The notes below the pieces were generated by a model. It was given only the letters and a program-made list of their open reading frames with translations. It had not been told where the DNA came from and searched no databases. Shown one piece after another: positions 34,643 to 44,503 of a DNA stretch of 64,000 nucleotides. The position numbers and the translations under genes were made by a program. The stretch spans positions 7,399-71,398 of IMG/VR virus record IMGVR_UViG_2540341244_000005, one strand, 5' to 3'. Source of the DNA: a virus (lineage: Duplodnaviria > Caudoviricetes). Numbering within the stretch: position 1 is the stretch's first letter; every line of letters begins with the position of its first letter.

Positions 34643-36172
34643 CTACACCTCCTTGCTCTCGGCCCGGGCCGACAGCCGCCCCCAGACCGAACTGATGAAG
34701 ATGGCCCGGGTGAGCAGATCCGTAAACGTCGTGTCGTCCATGTCCGGGTAGACCCCATGCAGCCGTTCGGCGATGGCCTCCACCGACCCGGCCGTCTCCA
34801 CCAGGTCGAGCACCGGGGCGAGAAGCTGGCCGGCGATGCCCTGGAGCGTCTCGGGCGTCAGGGCAGCGGCCATGGCGTCCAAGGGGTCGGCAGGGCCGGC
34901 GGCCGGCGGGACGGCCCGGCCCTGGGCGAACTCGGCCGCCGGGGCCTCGCCGTCACCGCCGGGTTTGACGGGGCCGGCCACGACCTCGATGTCTTCCTCG
35001 GCCAGATCGTAGGCCTGCATGAAATAGCGCTTGGTGAACTTCACCTGCCCGGTGTCGGCCAGGGTCTTGTCCCGGGTGGCCAGCTTCTGGTCCACCTCCT
35101 CTTCCTCGAAGAGTTCAAAGAGCGGCCGCGCCTCGCCCGGGCCGAAGTTCACCTCGCAGATCCAGTCGATGAGGGTGGCCATGGTCTCGATGACAATGTG
35201 CTTGTCGCCGTCTTTGATCTCGTGCCGCACCCGCTCATGCACCTCGGCGGCGGCCCGGGAACCGCCGGAAACCGACGTGGTCAGGTTCTGCCCCAAGATG
35301 CAGATGGCGATGTCCTCGTCGCAGGTGGCCTTGAGGTCCCGGTAGAGCGAGGAGGAGCCCGCCTTGCCTGCCGCCTCGACGATCTGGGCGCTGTTGCCCT
35401 CGGGGATAACCAGCACGGCGTCCTGGATGGCCCGCTCCAGCCGGTCGGCCAGGGCGTCGACGGCCTTTTTGTCCGCCTGGGGGTCGTGCTTGGCGATGAC
35501 CCAGGCTCCGCCGAATTTTTCAATGAACCGCAACCAAAACTTCAATCCGCCTTTCTTGAATGTGACCGGCCAGAAGCAGCGCGAGAGCACGCGCTCGCCG
35601 TAGGGATTGTCGTAGGTGGCATTGTACCGGGGGATCAAAAACTTTTTCGGGGGCAGTTCCTCGCCCTGGATCAGGTTCGACCGGGTGCGCAGGCGCAGCT
35701 CGTTGTCCGGCGAGAACACAAACCACTCGACCGGCTTGCCAGCCACCCGGTCCGGCACGGTGGCGCTGCCGTCGCGCCTCCAGACCACCTCCAACGGCTG
35801 CATGCCGTAGAGCGGCGCGTTGAGCATCTCCCGGACCAGGTCGTTGACCCGGAGTCGGGACAGGCACTTGCTCACGAACTTGGCATGCGCCGCCGGAGCG
35901 TCGCCCCGGGAGACGGCCCATTCCAGGGACACCACGGCCGCCTTGCGGGACTCCACGCACGGGCCGACCCGGGAATCGGAGAGCAGCTCCTTGTAGACCT
36001 TGATGTCCTTGCCGAGCTTACGCAGCACCGGGTCCGGGTCGGGCAGGGACATGGCCAGGCTGAAGAAATCCGGGGAGCGCTCCCGGGTGGCGATCTCCTC
36101 GAAAAGCGTCCCCGGCCCCCGGTCGATGGGGCGATAGTCATAGGGGCTGGTCCAGATGCCGCGTGCGGCCAT
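34643..36172 (-). CDS. Portal protein (DUF935, Mu gp29-like)
   Basis: NPYG..VLS.CFWP..FK..G..FW..F.EKFG...ILGQNLTT. Confidence 0.92.
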   Translation of the reverse strand: MAARGIWTSPYDYRPIDRGPGTLFEEIATRERSPDFFSLAMSLPDPDPVLRKLGKDIKVYKELLSDSRVGPCVESRKAAVVSLEWAVSRGDAPAAHAKFVSKCLSRLRVNDLVREMLNAPLYGMQPLEVVWRRDGSATVPDRVAGKPVEWFVFSPDNELRLRTRSNLIQGEELPPKKFLIPRYNATYDNPYGERVLSRCFWPVTFKKGGLKFWLRFIEKFGGAWVIAKHDPQADKKAVDALADRLERAIQDAVLVIPEGNSAQIVEAAGKAGSSSLYRDLKATCDEDIAICILGQNLTTSVSGGSRAAAEVHERVRHEIKDGDKHIVIETMATLIDWICEVNFGPGEARPLFELFEEEEVDQKLATRDKTLADTGQVKFTKRYFMQAYDLAEEDIEVVAGPVKPGGDGEAPAAEFAQGRAVPPAAGPADPLDAMAAALTPETLQGIAGQLLAPVLDLVETAGSVEAIAERLHGVYPDMDDTTFTDLLTRAIFISSVWGRLSARAESKEV

Positions 36173-36284
36173 GGCGATGTCCTCGTCTGATCGGTGCAGG
36201 GGCGTTCAAACCCCGTTCAATTTTTGCCCTGGGGCCGAGATGGCCCTTCGGGTCGACTGCGTCCCGCAGGAGGCGTGAAACAGC

Positions 36285-37775
36285 CTAAAAGTTGTCGAGC
36301 AGGTCGTCGGCCTCGCGCCGGCCCCTGGAGGTGACTTTGTCTTCGGTCAGCGTGTCGTTTGGTTGCTCGCCGGCATGGACAGTCAGAGCGGCCGCCCAGA
36401 AATAGTCCGCGTGGCCCGTGGCGTCGCTCCGCTCGGCGTCAAACCGGGAAAGTCCCGTGCTGGTCCTGAATTTCTGGACGCTGTGCAGGGACGTGGAAAT
36501 ATTGGTGTCGATGGGGATCAGGAACCCGTAGTCCTCCAGGACGTCCTTGAGTCCCACGGCCAGGGCCTCCTTGTTGGCGTTGCCAAAGTCGATGCCCTCG
36601 ACGCGCGACCCGAAGAGGTCGCGGGCTTCCTCGGCGAGCTGGCGGCCTATGCCGCTCTGATCGATGCAGGCCCGGCCACCGGAGCGCATGACGTGGGGCA
36701 GCACGGCATACAGCACATAGCGCTGCACACGAAACGGCATGCGGGCGAGAGGAATGACGACCTCGGTGATCCTGGCCACATCGGTCCGACGGGCGAGCCA
36801 GAGTACGGACAAGTCCCGGGTGCGGCCGATGTCGAATCCCAGGTCGAGAGGATCGCCTATGCCCACGAGCTGCGCCGTCAACTCCTTGGATTTGGTTTGC
36901 CACCAGGACGGGTCACTTTTCGTGAGTTTGAAATGCTTGTGGGCCTGGACGGCCAGATCCACGAGTTCGGTGACCCAATCCGGCGCGGCGTCGATATATT
37001 CGTCCTCGGCCGCTCGGAGGAGTTCCCAGGTCAGCCAGGCCGTGGCATCGTCCTGGGGCTCCAGCTCGTACTCTTCAAGCCACACAACGGGATCGGCGAC
37101 AAGGTCGCGCAGGCTCTCCACCGTGCGGATCTTGCCTTCCTCGTCCTTGAGGATGAGGCCTTCCCGGAGGGCGTCATGGATGCTGGTCCGGTGTTGCGAG
37201 TAGGCTTTGTTGCGGGTCAGGGCGTAAAACTTGGTCTTGGTTCCCCGGTGCGTCGAGGCGACGCGGACGCCGTAGCCTCGCGTGATGGCCGGCACGGCCG
37301 CCCGCCAGATGCCCCAATCGTCCTTGTGGAGGGCAAACTCGTCGAGGTTCACATTTCCCGAGAACCCGGGGATCGTGTCCGGGTTGGATGGGACCAGATT
37401 GAGAAACCGGTCGCCGGGAAACGCAACGAGCCAGGTATTGTTCTTGTCCGGGGTCAGCTTGCCTTCGGTCAGCAAGGATAACGCCTTGATGTGCCGGCGC
37501 ATCTCCCGGCCGGAACGAAACACCTGCCGGGCCGAGGCCGAGCCGTAAACGGATTCGATGGGGCGCGGCGACAGCGCTGTCTCCAGGATGGACTTGAACG
37601 TCAGGGCAAAGGATTTGCCGATCTGGCGCGAGGCCGGCCACACAATGCCGGCCGACCTGTCCTCGATAAAACGGCGTTGGTACGGGAGCATGATGCCCAG
37701 GGCGGCCTTGAGGCGCTCCCGGGTGTCACGGTCCTGCCCGAAGGCACGCTCAAACTTTTGGCCGGTCGTTGCCAT
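36285..37775 (-). CDS. Terminase large subunit
   Basis: LPYQ, SRQIGKS, NLDEFA, GFDIGR, IDQSGIG, HADYFWA. Confidence 0.95.
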   Translation of the reverse strand: MATTGQKFERAFGQDRDTRERLKAALGIMLPYQRRFIEDRSAGIVWPASRQIGKSFALTFKSILETALSPRPIESVYGSASARQVFRSGREMRRHIKALSLLTEGKLTPDKNNTWLVAFPGDRFLNLVPSNPDTIPGFSGNVNLDEFALHKDDWGIWRAAVPAITRGYGVRVASTHRGTKTKFYALTRNKAYSQHRTSIHDALREGLILKDEEGKIRTVESLRDLVADPVVWLEEYELEPQDDATAWLTWELLRAAEDEYIDAAPDWVTELVDLAVQAHKHFKLTKSDPSWWQTKSKELTAQLVGIGDPLDLGFDIGRTRDLSVLWLARRTDVARITEVVIPLARMPFRVQRYVLYAVLPHVMRSGGRACIDQSGIGRQLAEEARDLFGSRVEGIDFGNANKEALAVGLKDVLEDYGFLIPIDTNISTSLHSVQKFRTSTGLSRFDAERSDATGHADYFWAAALTVHAGEQPNDTLTEDKVTSRGRREADDLLDNF

Positions 37776-38193
37776 CGAAATCGATCCCGTAAACCGTGGA
37801 CAGGATGTCCTTGATGTTGCTGGCGGTCTCTTCCGGTGTGGCCGGCTTTTCCTCGACGTCCGCGCCGGTCACGGCCTCGTAGTCCTTGACCTTGATGAGG
37901 TTCGGCAACAACCGCAGGAGCGCGTAGAGCTGGCCGGTCGGGATGTCTTTCCCTTCGGCCATGTCCTCGCGGATCTTGGCCAGGAGATCCTTGCCGAATC
38001 CGTACAGCTCTTCGTGGAACGACTTGCGACTGGCTAGATAGGCCCGCCGCTTAGCATCCCAATCTCCCTTGGTCTTCCAATTCTGGACCGTCCGCGCCGA
38101 GACTCCGAGCCGGCCGGCGATGGCCTCCATGGTGCATTGCTCGATGACGTAGAGGCGTTCGGCTTCCATTCCGTGAAGCTGCTCCTTAGCCAT
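37750..38193 (-). CDS. Putative terminase small subunit (DUF1804-like)
   Basis: AERLYV...IAGRLGVSARTVQNWK..GDWD; upstream of TerL. Confidence 0.8.
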   Translation of the reverse strand: MAKEQLHGMEAERLYVIEQCTMEAIAGRLGVSARTVQNWKTKGDWDAKRRAYLASRKSFHEELYGFGKDLLAKIREDMAEGKDIPTGQLYALLRLLPNLIKVKDYEAVTGADVEEKPATPEETASNIKDILSTVYGIDFDGNDRPKV

Positions 38194-38443
38194 TGCCGTC
38201 CCCCAGGGCGTCGGCCAGTTCGGCGATCAGGGCGTCCAGATCCCGCAGTTCGGCGTGGATTGCCACCAGCCGGCGCATGTTGGCCCCGGCCTCGGGAAGG
38301 CGCAGCTTGGCCAAGTCGGGTTCAAAGGGGTCCAGCGCCTCGCGCAGCAGGATGACCAGCCCCTTGCCCTCCAGGGACAGGTCGCCGCGTTTGCGCCGGG
38401 CCTCCGAGAGCCGGCCCTTGGCGCGCAGAATTTCATCGCGCAT
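38186..38443 (-). CDS. Hypothetical phage protein
   Basis: Coupled ORF in the packaging operon. Confidence 0.6.
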   Translation of the reverse strand: MRDEILRAKGRLSEARRKRGDLSLEGKGLVILLREALDPFEPDLAKLRLPEAGANMRRLVAIHAELRDLDALIAELADALGDGNG

Positions 38444-38741
38444 GGTGCATGTTCTCCTTGACCAGCGGGCACCACTGGTTGCTGTCGATCTTGGATTCCA
38501 TCCGGGCGTTCTGGGCCACCACGCACTGCAACGCTTCGAGCTGGCCGGTCAGCAACGAGAACACGCGGACCTCGCGTTCGTTCATGGCCTTCATCTGCTC
38601 GTCCCAGGCCTTGGACTGGGCAGTGAGTTGCGATTCCCAGGCCTTGACCTGGGAGCGGTGATACAGGTACCACACCGCAAAAATGAGCCCAGGGAATCCG
38701 ATGTTCTCGATGAGTTTGAGAAATATCGCGGATTCAGTCAC
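38433..38741 (-). CDS. Membrane-anchored coiled-coil protein
   Basis: IENIGFPGLIFAVWYLY TM segment followed by coiled coil; GTG start. Confidence 0.6.
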   Translation of the reverse strand: MTESAIFLKLIENIGFPGLIFAVWYLYHRSQVKAWESQLTAQSKAWDEQMKAMNEREVRVFSLLTGQLEALQCVVAQNARMESKIDSNQWCPLVKENMHHAR

Positions 38742-38901
38742 TCCATCCCCCTTGGTCTGATCCCTCTCTCTTCTCGGCCCGCTTTATAGGCGGGTTGCTT
38801 TTTTTGCTACTGCACCGCGCACAAGAGTATTTTTCCGCCCACCCGTATGGTTCGCTCATCCTTGCGCCGGCAAGCATCGGCGCTGCAATGGAGGTGCGGA
38901 C
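38742..38901. promoter_or_regulatory. Divergent intergenic region between the packaging and lysis/structural operons
   Basis: Genes diverge here; hairpin GCCCGC-N7-GCGGGT followed by a T-run at 38777-38805. Confidence 0.5.
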
Positions 38902-39408
38902 ATGGTGGAACTGGATAGCGTGATTGATGCCTTGATCGAGGCGACGGCGCAGGCCCATGGCCTGCCGCCGGAGATCGTGCGGGCGATGGTGATGCAGGAA
39001 AGCGGCGGCAACCCCTGGGCCTTTCGCTTCGAGCCGGGATTTTTCCGGCGCTACCTGGAAGGCAAACCCGTGAGCTACGTGCCCGGCGGCTGCTCCCAGG
39101 AGAGCGAGCGCCAGGGCCGGGCCACGAGTTTCGGCCTGCTCCAGGTCATGGGCGAGACCGCCCGCTGCAACGGCTTCCGGGGTTGGCTGCCCCAGCTCTG
39201 CGACCCCGAGGTCGGTTTGACCATCGGCTGCCTCTACCTGGCCCGGCTGCGGGACAAGCTTTTCGCCAAGGGCGGCTGGACGGCCGTGGTCCGGGCCTAC
39301 AACGGCGGCCCGGGCAATGCCTTCGACCCCGCCAACACCTACCCGGACAAGGTGCGCGCCCGCATCCCCGGCGGCGTCTGGCCGGCGACGGAGGCCAGCC
39401 ATGGGTAG
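38902..39408 (+). CDS. Endolysin, SLT lytic transglycosylase
   Basis: AMVMQESGG.P.A, SFGLLQVMG, AYNGG. Confidence 0.92.
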   Translation: MVELDSVIDALIEATAQAHGLPPEIVRAMVMQESGGNPWAFRFEPGFFRRYLEGKPVSYVPGGCSQESERQGRATSFGLLQVMGETARCNGFRGWLPQLCDPEVGLTIGCLYLARLRDKLFAKGGWTAVVRAYNGGPGNAFDPANTYPDKVRARIPGGVWPATEASHG

Positions 39409-39829
39409 CGGCGAACAGGTCCAGGCTGGCGGCGTGACGGGGTTCCGCATGACGCCGGAGTTCATGGCGGCGGTGGCCGAGGGCGTCGTCGCGGCCCTGG
39501 CCAAGCAGCCGGCTGCGGCGGTAGCGCCGACGGCTGACGCCGTCCAGCCGACCGCCGCCGCCGCCAGCCTGCCCACCCGGATCGGGGAAGTGGCCGACGA
39601 GGTCTTGGCCTCGCCGCTGCCCGTGTCGGGCTGGCGCAAGCCGTTGCATCGCCTGGCCAGTCGCAAGCTGTGGGTGACGGTCGGCACCGTGTCCGGGCTG
39701 CTGGCGCAAAACACCCTCGGCCTCAACCTACCCCCTGCGACCCAGGTCGCGGTCGCGGCCGTGTCCGCCATCTATGTGGCCGCACAGGCCGTCGTGGACA
39801 GCGCCAAGACCGGGGGCGGCAATGGATAA
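39401..39829 (+). CDS. Putative holin
   Basis: C-terminal RLASRKLWV plus two hydrophobic helices; follows the endolysin. Confidence 0.6.
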   Translation: MGSGEQVQAGGVTGFRMTPEFMAAVAEGVVAALAKQPAAAVAPTADAVQPTAAAASLPTRIGEVADEVLASPLPVSGWRKPLHRLASRKLWVTVGTVSGLLAQNTLGLNLPPATQVAVAAVSAIYVAAQAVVDSAKTGGGNG

Positions 39830-40121
39830 GCGGCCGCTGCCCTGCTGGCTTTGGCCGACGCTCCTGCTCCTGGCCGGCATCGGCCTGGGCATGATGCTCC
39901 AGGCCAAGGTCCAGCACCTCGCCCTTGAGAAGACGGCCGAGGACGTCTCCATGGTGCGTGACCTGGTGCGGGCTTCCTCGGAGTGCGCAGCCGCGCTCAC
40001 CAGCACCACGGCCGAACGCAACCGGCTCCTGGAGCACCTGGCCGACGTGGAATCGAGCGCCATGGGCTCGGACTGCATCCCGGTCATGGTTTGGGCCTGT
40101 CCGGTCAAGGACGCGCGATGA
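39822..40121 (+). CDS. Membrane-anchored protein, possible i-spanin
   Basis: N-terminal TM then helical region; in the lysis cluster. Confidence 0.45.
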   Translation: MDKRPLPCWLWPTLLLLAGIGLGMMLQAKVQHLALEKTAEDVSMVRDLVRASSECAAALTSTTAERNRLLEHLADVESSAMGSDCIPVMVWACPVKDAR

Positions 40122-40261
40122 AGCGATGCCTGGTCCTGCTGGTCCTGCTCCTGGCCGCGTGCGGCTATGCCATCCGCGTGGCCCCGCCCGAGATCTGGTG
40201 GTCCGACGATAGCGCGACCGCGCCGAGCGGCATCAAGCGGCAACCCATGGTGCGGAGGTAA
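40118..40261 (+). CDS. Small lipoprotein, possible o-spanin
   Basis: MKRCLVLLVLLLAA|C lipobox. Confidence 0.55.
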   Translation: MKRCLVLLVLLLAACGYAIRVAPPEIWWSDDSATAPSGIKRQPMVRR

Positions 40262-40263
40262 TC

Positions 40264-40800
40264 ATGGTTTCATTTCCCGCCGAGCGCGGCGTCATCACCT
40301 ACGAGGCCCTGCGGCCGCAGCTTAACGTCTTTGCCGTCACTTGGGTCGGCGACTCGCCGCTGTCCCGGGCCATCCAGCATTTCCGCCCGGGCGGCTCCCA
40401 TTCGAGCCTCGGCCTGAATCTCTTTGGCTCCATCATGCTGGTGGAGGCCATGGAGCTGGGCATCGAGCCCAACCGGGCCAGCCAGCGCTTTGACGACTAC
40501 GACGGCGACATCCTGATCCATCCCATCGGCGTCCCGGCCGAAGTGGCCGACGCCATCAAGGCCACGGCCCTCAAGCTGTGCGGCTCGCACGTCCGCTACG
40601 GCTACCGGACGCTACTCGCCCTGGCCTGGCGCGCGGTGCGCAACACCATGGCCCGGCCGGTCTGTTCCCAGACGGTGGCCTACATCCTGGGCAAGCACGG
40701 CGTGCTGCCACCCCAGGGCAACGTCATTTCCCCGGGCGAGCTGCGGGCGCTGCTGCCCCGGCCTTGGAAGCTCGCCCCCTACAGCAAGGAGGCCGACTGA
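40264..40800 (+). CDS. Permuted papain-like (NlpC/P60, YiiX-like) enzyme
   Basis: SRAI...SH before ...CSQ..A and SPG.L; His precedes Cys. Confidence 0.65.
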   Translation: MVSFPAERGVITYEALRPQLNVFAVTWVGDSPLSRAIQHFRPGGSHSSLGLNLFGSIMLVEAMELGIEPNRASQRFDDYDGDILIHPIGVPAEVADAIKATALKLCGSHVRYGYRTLLALAWRAVRNTMARPVCSQTVAYILGKHGVLPPQGNVISPGELRALLPRPWKLAPYSKEAD

Positions 40801-41885
40801 TGGACCCCTTCAAGCGCGTCGAGGTGTTCCGTGCGGGCGACCACACGGACAGCGCCGGCCGGCGGCGTTCGTTCACCGAGGCGGATCTCGACAAGATCGC
40901 GGCCTATGACCCGGCCCGGCACGAAGCCCCCATGGTCATCGGCCATCCCAAGGACAACGCCCCGGCCTACGGCTGGGTGGAGCGGGCGTACCGCGAGGGC
41001 GGTTCGCTCCTGGTGGACTTCAAGGACGTCGCGCCGGAGTTCGCCGACCTGGTCAAGGCCGGCCGGTTCAAGAAGCGTTCAATTTCCCTCTACCCGGACG
41101 GCAGCCTGCGCCATGTCGGTTTCCTCGGGGCGGTGCCCCCGGCCCTCAAGGGCCTCAAGGACGTCGCTTTCGCCGAGGGCGAGGCCTCGACCTTCGAGTT
41201 TGGCGAGGATGATCAGCAATCCGGCCGGCAAAACGCCAGCGCCATGGCCCGGTTCGCCGAAGCCTTCTTTGGCCTGTTTTCCCCGGGCCGCACCGACAAC
41301 CCGGCCGGCGACGGTCCGGCCTTCAAGGAGGAGCCCATGCCGGGCAAGGATACGAACGATGCCGCCGGCCAGCTCGCGGCCCTGACCGCGAAAATGGACC
41401 AGTTTTCCGAGGCGCTGGCCGCCAAGGACAAGCAGATCGCCGACTTGATGGCGGCCAACAAGCAGCTCGCCAACCGCATGGACACCACTGTGGCCACCGG
41501 CCGCCGGGCCGAGATCGCCGCCTTCTGCGAAGGGCTGGCCGGGAAAGGACGTCTTACCACCCATCAACAGGGCCTGGCGGCCACCTTCATGGAAAAGCTC
41601 GACGCTGCCGGCGACATGGACTTCGCCGAGGGCGACAAGACCGTGAAAAAGCCTGTCACCGAAGCGTTCAAGGCCTTCCTGGAGTCGCTGCCGGTCCAGG
41701 TCGAGTTCGACGAGTTCGCCACCCACGGACGCGCCGTCGGCCAGCCCGGCAAGCTCGACGCCGCGACCCTGGCCGTGAAGATCCAGGACAAGGTCGACGA
41801 GGCGGCCAAGGCCGGCCGCTCCATGAGCTTCGCCGAGGCGCAGGCGGCCGTGCTGCGCGATCACCAGGAGGGCGCGAAGAAATGA
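40800..41885 (+). CDS. Prohead protease/scaffold
   Basis: EVFRAG.HTD..G...APMVIGHP...PAYGWV...KKRSIS...LRHVGFLGAVPPA.KGL. Confidence 0.9.
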   Translation: MDPFKRVEVFRAGDHTDSAGRRRSFTEADLDKIAAYDPARHEAPMVIGHPKDNAPAYGWVERAYREGGSLLVDFKDVAPEFADLVKAGRFKKRSISLYPDGSLRHVGFLGAVPPALKGLKDVAFAEGEASTFEFGEDDQQSGRQNASAMARFAEAFFGLFSPGRTDNPAGDGPAFKEEPMPGKDTNDAAGQLAALTAKMDQFSEALAAKDKQIADLMAANKQLANRMDTTVATGRRAEIAAFCEGLAGKGRLTTHQQGLAATFMEKLDAAGDMDFAEGDKTVKKPVTEAFKAFLESLPVQVEFDEFATHGRAVGQPGKLDAATLAVKIQDKVDEAAKAGRSMSFAEAQAAVLRDHQEGAKK

Positions 41886-42253
41886 ATCCCGGACTGACCA
41901 AGACCTACATTGCCCAAGGGGAAATCCCGGCCCGGGCCATCGTCAAGGCCGGAACCATCGTCGGCACCGTGGCCGTGGCCACGGCGGCCACCGACGCCAT
42001 CCTCGGCGTGTCCGAACGGCTGGACGTGGCCGACGGCGACCGCGTGGACGTCATCCATTCCGGCATTGCCGAGGTGGTGCTGGGCGGCGCGCTCTCCCCC
42101 GGCGATTGGCTCACGGCCGGCGCGTCCGGAGCGGCGGTCGAGGCCGCCCCGGCGGCCGGCGTCAATGCCCAGGTCATCGGCAAGTCGCTGCTCGGCGGCG
42201 TGGCCGGCGACATCGACGACGTGTTCATCACCCTGGGGCAAATCCAGGGCTAA
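41882..42253 (+). CDS. DUF2190-like capsid cement protein
   Basis: Ala/Gly/Val-rich 123 aa between protease and capsid. Confidence 0.7.
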   Translation: MNPGLTKTYIAQGEIPARAIVKAGTIVGTVAVATAATDAILGVSERLDVADGDRVDVIHSGIAEVVLGGALSPGDWLTAGASGAAVEAAPAAGVNAQVIGKSLLGGVAGDIDDVFITLGQIQG

Positions 42254-42265
42254 CAGGAGGATTCC

Positions 42266-43198
42266 ATGGCCGCGAAAGCGCCGTTTCCCATCATCCCGGA
42301 GTTGACCGGGATCGCCATCGCCTACCGCAACCGGGGCATGATCGCCGACCTGGTGCTGCCCCGGGTGACGCCCGTGGGCAAGCAGGAGTTCAAGTACTTC
42401 TTCCACGGCATCGCCCAGGGCTTCACCATCCCGGACACCAAGGTTGGCCGGCGCGGCAAGCCCAATCAGGTCGAGTTCACGGCCGAGGAGCGCGACGGGT
42501 CGACCACCGACTACGGTCTGGAAGACGGCATCCCCCAGGCCGACATCGATAACGCCCCGGCCGGCATCGACCCCCGCGCCATGGCTGTCGAATACATCAT
42601 GAACCTCATCGCCCTGGACCGCGAAGTGCGCGTGGCCGGGCTGGTGTTCAATCCGGCCACCTACCCGACGGCCAACAAACTGGCCCTGTCCGGCACGAGC
42701 CAGTTCTCGGACAACAGCTCCGATCCCATCGGCGTGATTTCCGACGCCCTGGACGCCTGCATCGTGCGGCCCAACACCATGGTCATCGGCCGGCCGGCCT
42801 TCTCCAAGCTGGCCAGGCATCCCCAGATCGTCTCCGCCTGCCTGCGCAATCCCGGCGAGTCCGGCATCGCCCGCCGCAAGGACATCGCCGATCTGTTCGA
42901 ACTGGAGGAGGTCGTGGTCGGCGAGGCCTTCGTCAACAACGCTCGCAAGGGGCAGGCGGCCACGCTGTCCCGCTGCTGGGGCAAGGATCTTTCGCTCATC
43001 TTCCGCAACAAACAGGCCGCGCCCCAGCGCGACGTCACCTTCGGCATGACCGTGCCCTGGGGGGCTCCCATCGCCAGTGCCTGGCCGGACAAGAACATCG
43101 GCCTGCGCGGCGGCGAGATGGTCCGGGCCGGCGAGTCGGTCTGCGAGCTGATCACCTGCCCCGATGCCGCGTTCTTCATCCAGAACGCGGTGGCCTAA
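42266..43198 (+). CDS. Major capsid protein (Phage_cap_E-like)
   Basis: LTGIAIAYRN...IAD.VLP...LDRE.RVA...RPNTMV; position in operon. Confidence 0.88.
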   Translation: MAAKAPFPIIPELTGIAIAYRNRGMIADLVLPRVTPVGKQEFKYFFHGIAQGFTIPDTKVGRRGKPNQVEFTAEERDGSTTDYGLEDGIPQADIDNAPAGIDPRAMAVEYIMNLIALDREVRVAGLVFNPATYPTANKLALSGTSQFSDNSSDPIGVISDALDACIVRPNTMVIGRPAFSKLARHPQIVSACLRNPGESGIARRKDIADLFELEEVVVGEAFVNNARKGQAATLSRCWGKDLSLIFRNKQAAPQRDVTFGMTVPWGAPIASAWPDKNIGLRGGEMVRAGESVCELITCPDAAFFIQNAVA

Positions 43199-43207
43199 GG
43201 AGACGCC

Positions 43208-43555
43208 ATGGATATCAAACTGTTGTCCAATGTGCTGCACGACGGCGAGCTGCTGCCGGCCGGCCTGGTCTGCCACGAGGTGCCCGAAGCCGAGGCCATG
43301 CGCCTCATCGTCTCGGGCGCGGCCGTGGACGTTGGGGAGATCCTCGATACGCCGCCCGCGCCGCCGGTGACCTTTCCGGGGCAGGAGATTCCCGGCAACG
43401 CCGCGCCCAGGGAGCTGCCTCCCATCGTCCAGCCCGAGGCCAGCGGAGCCGCCAGGCCGGCGGCCCCGGATGAAGACAAGGGCGAACCCGGGCCCGACAC
43501 CGACGCCAAGCCGGCCGAAGGCGAGCCCAAGCCCGCCAAGAAGGAAGGGAAGTAA
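43208..43555 (+). CDS. Hypothetical head-associated protein
   Basis: V.HDG...EA.RLI..GA motif followed by low-complexity tail. Confidence 0.6.
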   Translation: MDIKLLSNVLHDGELLPAGLVCHEVPEAEAMRLIVSGAAVDVGEILDTPPAPPVTFPGQEIPGNAAPRELPPIVQPEASGAARPAAPDEDKGEPGPDTDAKPAEGEPKPAKKEGK

Positions 43556-43558
43556 GCC

Positions 43559-44002
43559 ATGGCCTACTGCGACCAGGCTGATCTGGAACGGCGTCTGACG
43601 CCGACCCTCCTGATCGACCTCACCGACGACGCCGTGCCGCCCACGGCCGTGGACGCGGCCGTGCTGGACGCGGAAATCGCGGCGGCCGGGGAGATCGTGG
43701 ACGGGTATCTGCGCGACCGCTACGTGCTGCCGCTCGATCCCGTCCCGGGCCTGGTGCGCGAAATCGCGGCCGATCTGGTTGCCTACGGCCTCTGGGGTCG
43801 TCGGCCCGAGGGCAAGGGCGAACCGCCCAAGAACCTGGAAAAGGCCCACGACCGGGCGCTCAAGCTGCTGGATAAGATCCAAGCCGGCCGCGTCACCCTG
43901 GGCGTGGCCGCCGGCCAGCCCGAGGCCGCGCCCCATGCCGGCGGCGCGCGGGTCAACGACCGCCGCCGCGTCTTCGGCGACGATGTCCTGGAGCGGTTCT
44001 AA
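43559..44002 (+). CDS. gp36 (DUF1320) head-tail adaptor, intact
   Basis: MAYC..ADL...LIDLTDD...VDGYL..RY.LPL...L..I..G.V.LG. Confidence 0.9.
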   Translation: MAYCDQADLERRLTPTLLIDLTDDAVPPTAVDAAVLDAEIAAAGEIVDGYLRDRYVLPLDPVPGLVREIAADLVAYGLWGRRPEGKGEPPKNLEKAHDRALKLLDKIQAGRVTLGVAAGQPEAAPHAGGARVNDRRRVFGDDVLERF

Positions 44003-44003
44003 A

Positions 44004-44501
44004 ATGATCGCGGAAATTGAACGGGACATGGTGGCCTGCCTCGCCACGGCCCTGCCGGATCTCTCGGTGGAGTCCTTCCCGGACAAACCCGACGCCTACC
44101 GGTTGAGCCACCCCCATGGGGCAGTGCTGGTCGGCTATTCCGGCAGCCGGCTGCCCGATCCGTCGGTGCTCGCCGGCACGCAGCAAAAACGCCGCCTGGA
44201 GTTCCAGCTCGTGGTCAAGGTGCGCTCCCTGCGGGACCACGCCGGGGCCTATGCCGTGCTGGAGACCATCCGCGCCGTCCTGGCCGGCCAGCCCCTGCGC
44301 GGTGCGCGGTTTTTTCCCGCGCGCGAGCAGTTCGAGGACGTTTCCTCGGGCGTGTGGACCTACCTGGCTGTGTACGCGGCCGATGTCCCTTGGGTGTCCC
44401 AGGCCCCGTTCCCGGATGACGTAGCCCTGTCCTTGGCCGCCGCCAAAATGACCGCAACGGGCGGCCTCGACGGAGACCAGCCCATCAACGTTGGAGGTTG
44501 A
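44004..44501 (+). CDS. gp37-like tail terminator
   Basis: VESFPDKP..YRL.HP.GAVLV.Y.GS...GVW.Y. Confidence 0.85.
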   Translation: MIAEIERDMVACLATALPDLSVESFPDKPDAYRLSHPHGAVLVGYSGSRLPDPSVLAGTQQKRRLEFQLVVKVRSLRDHAGAYAVLETIRAVLAGQPLRGARFFPAREQFEDVSSGVWTYLAVYAADVPWVSQAPFPDDVALSLAAAKMTATGGLDGDQPINVGG

Positions 44502-44503
44502 CC

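Noticed and set aside
34690-34700. CTGATGA word as a third hammerhead
   Set aside because: Antisense within the portal CDS, with no matching GAAA or stem architecture
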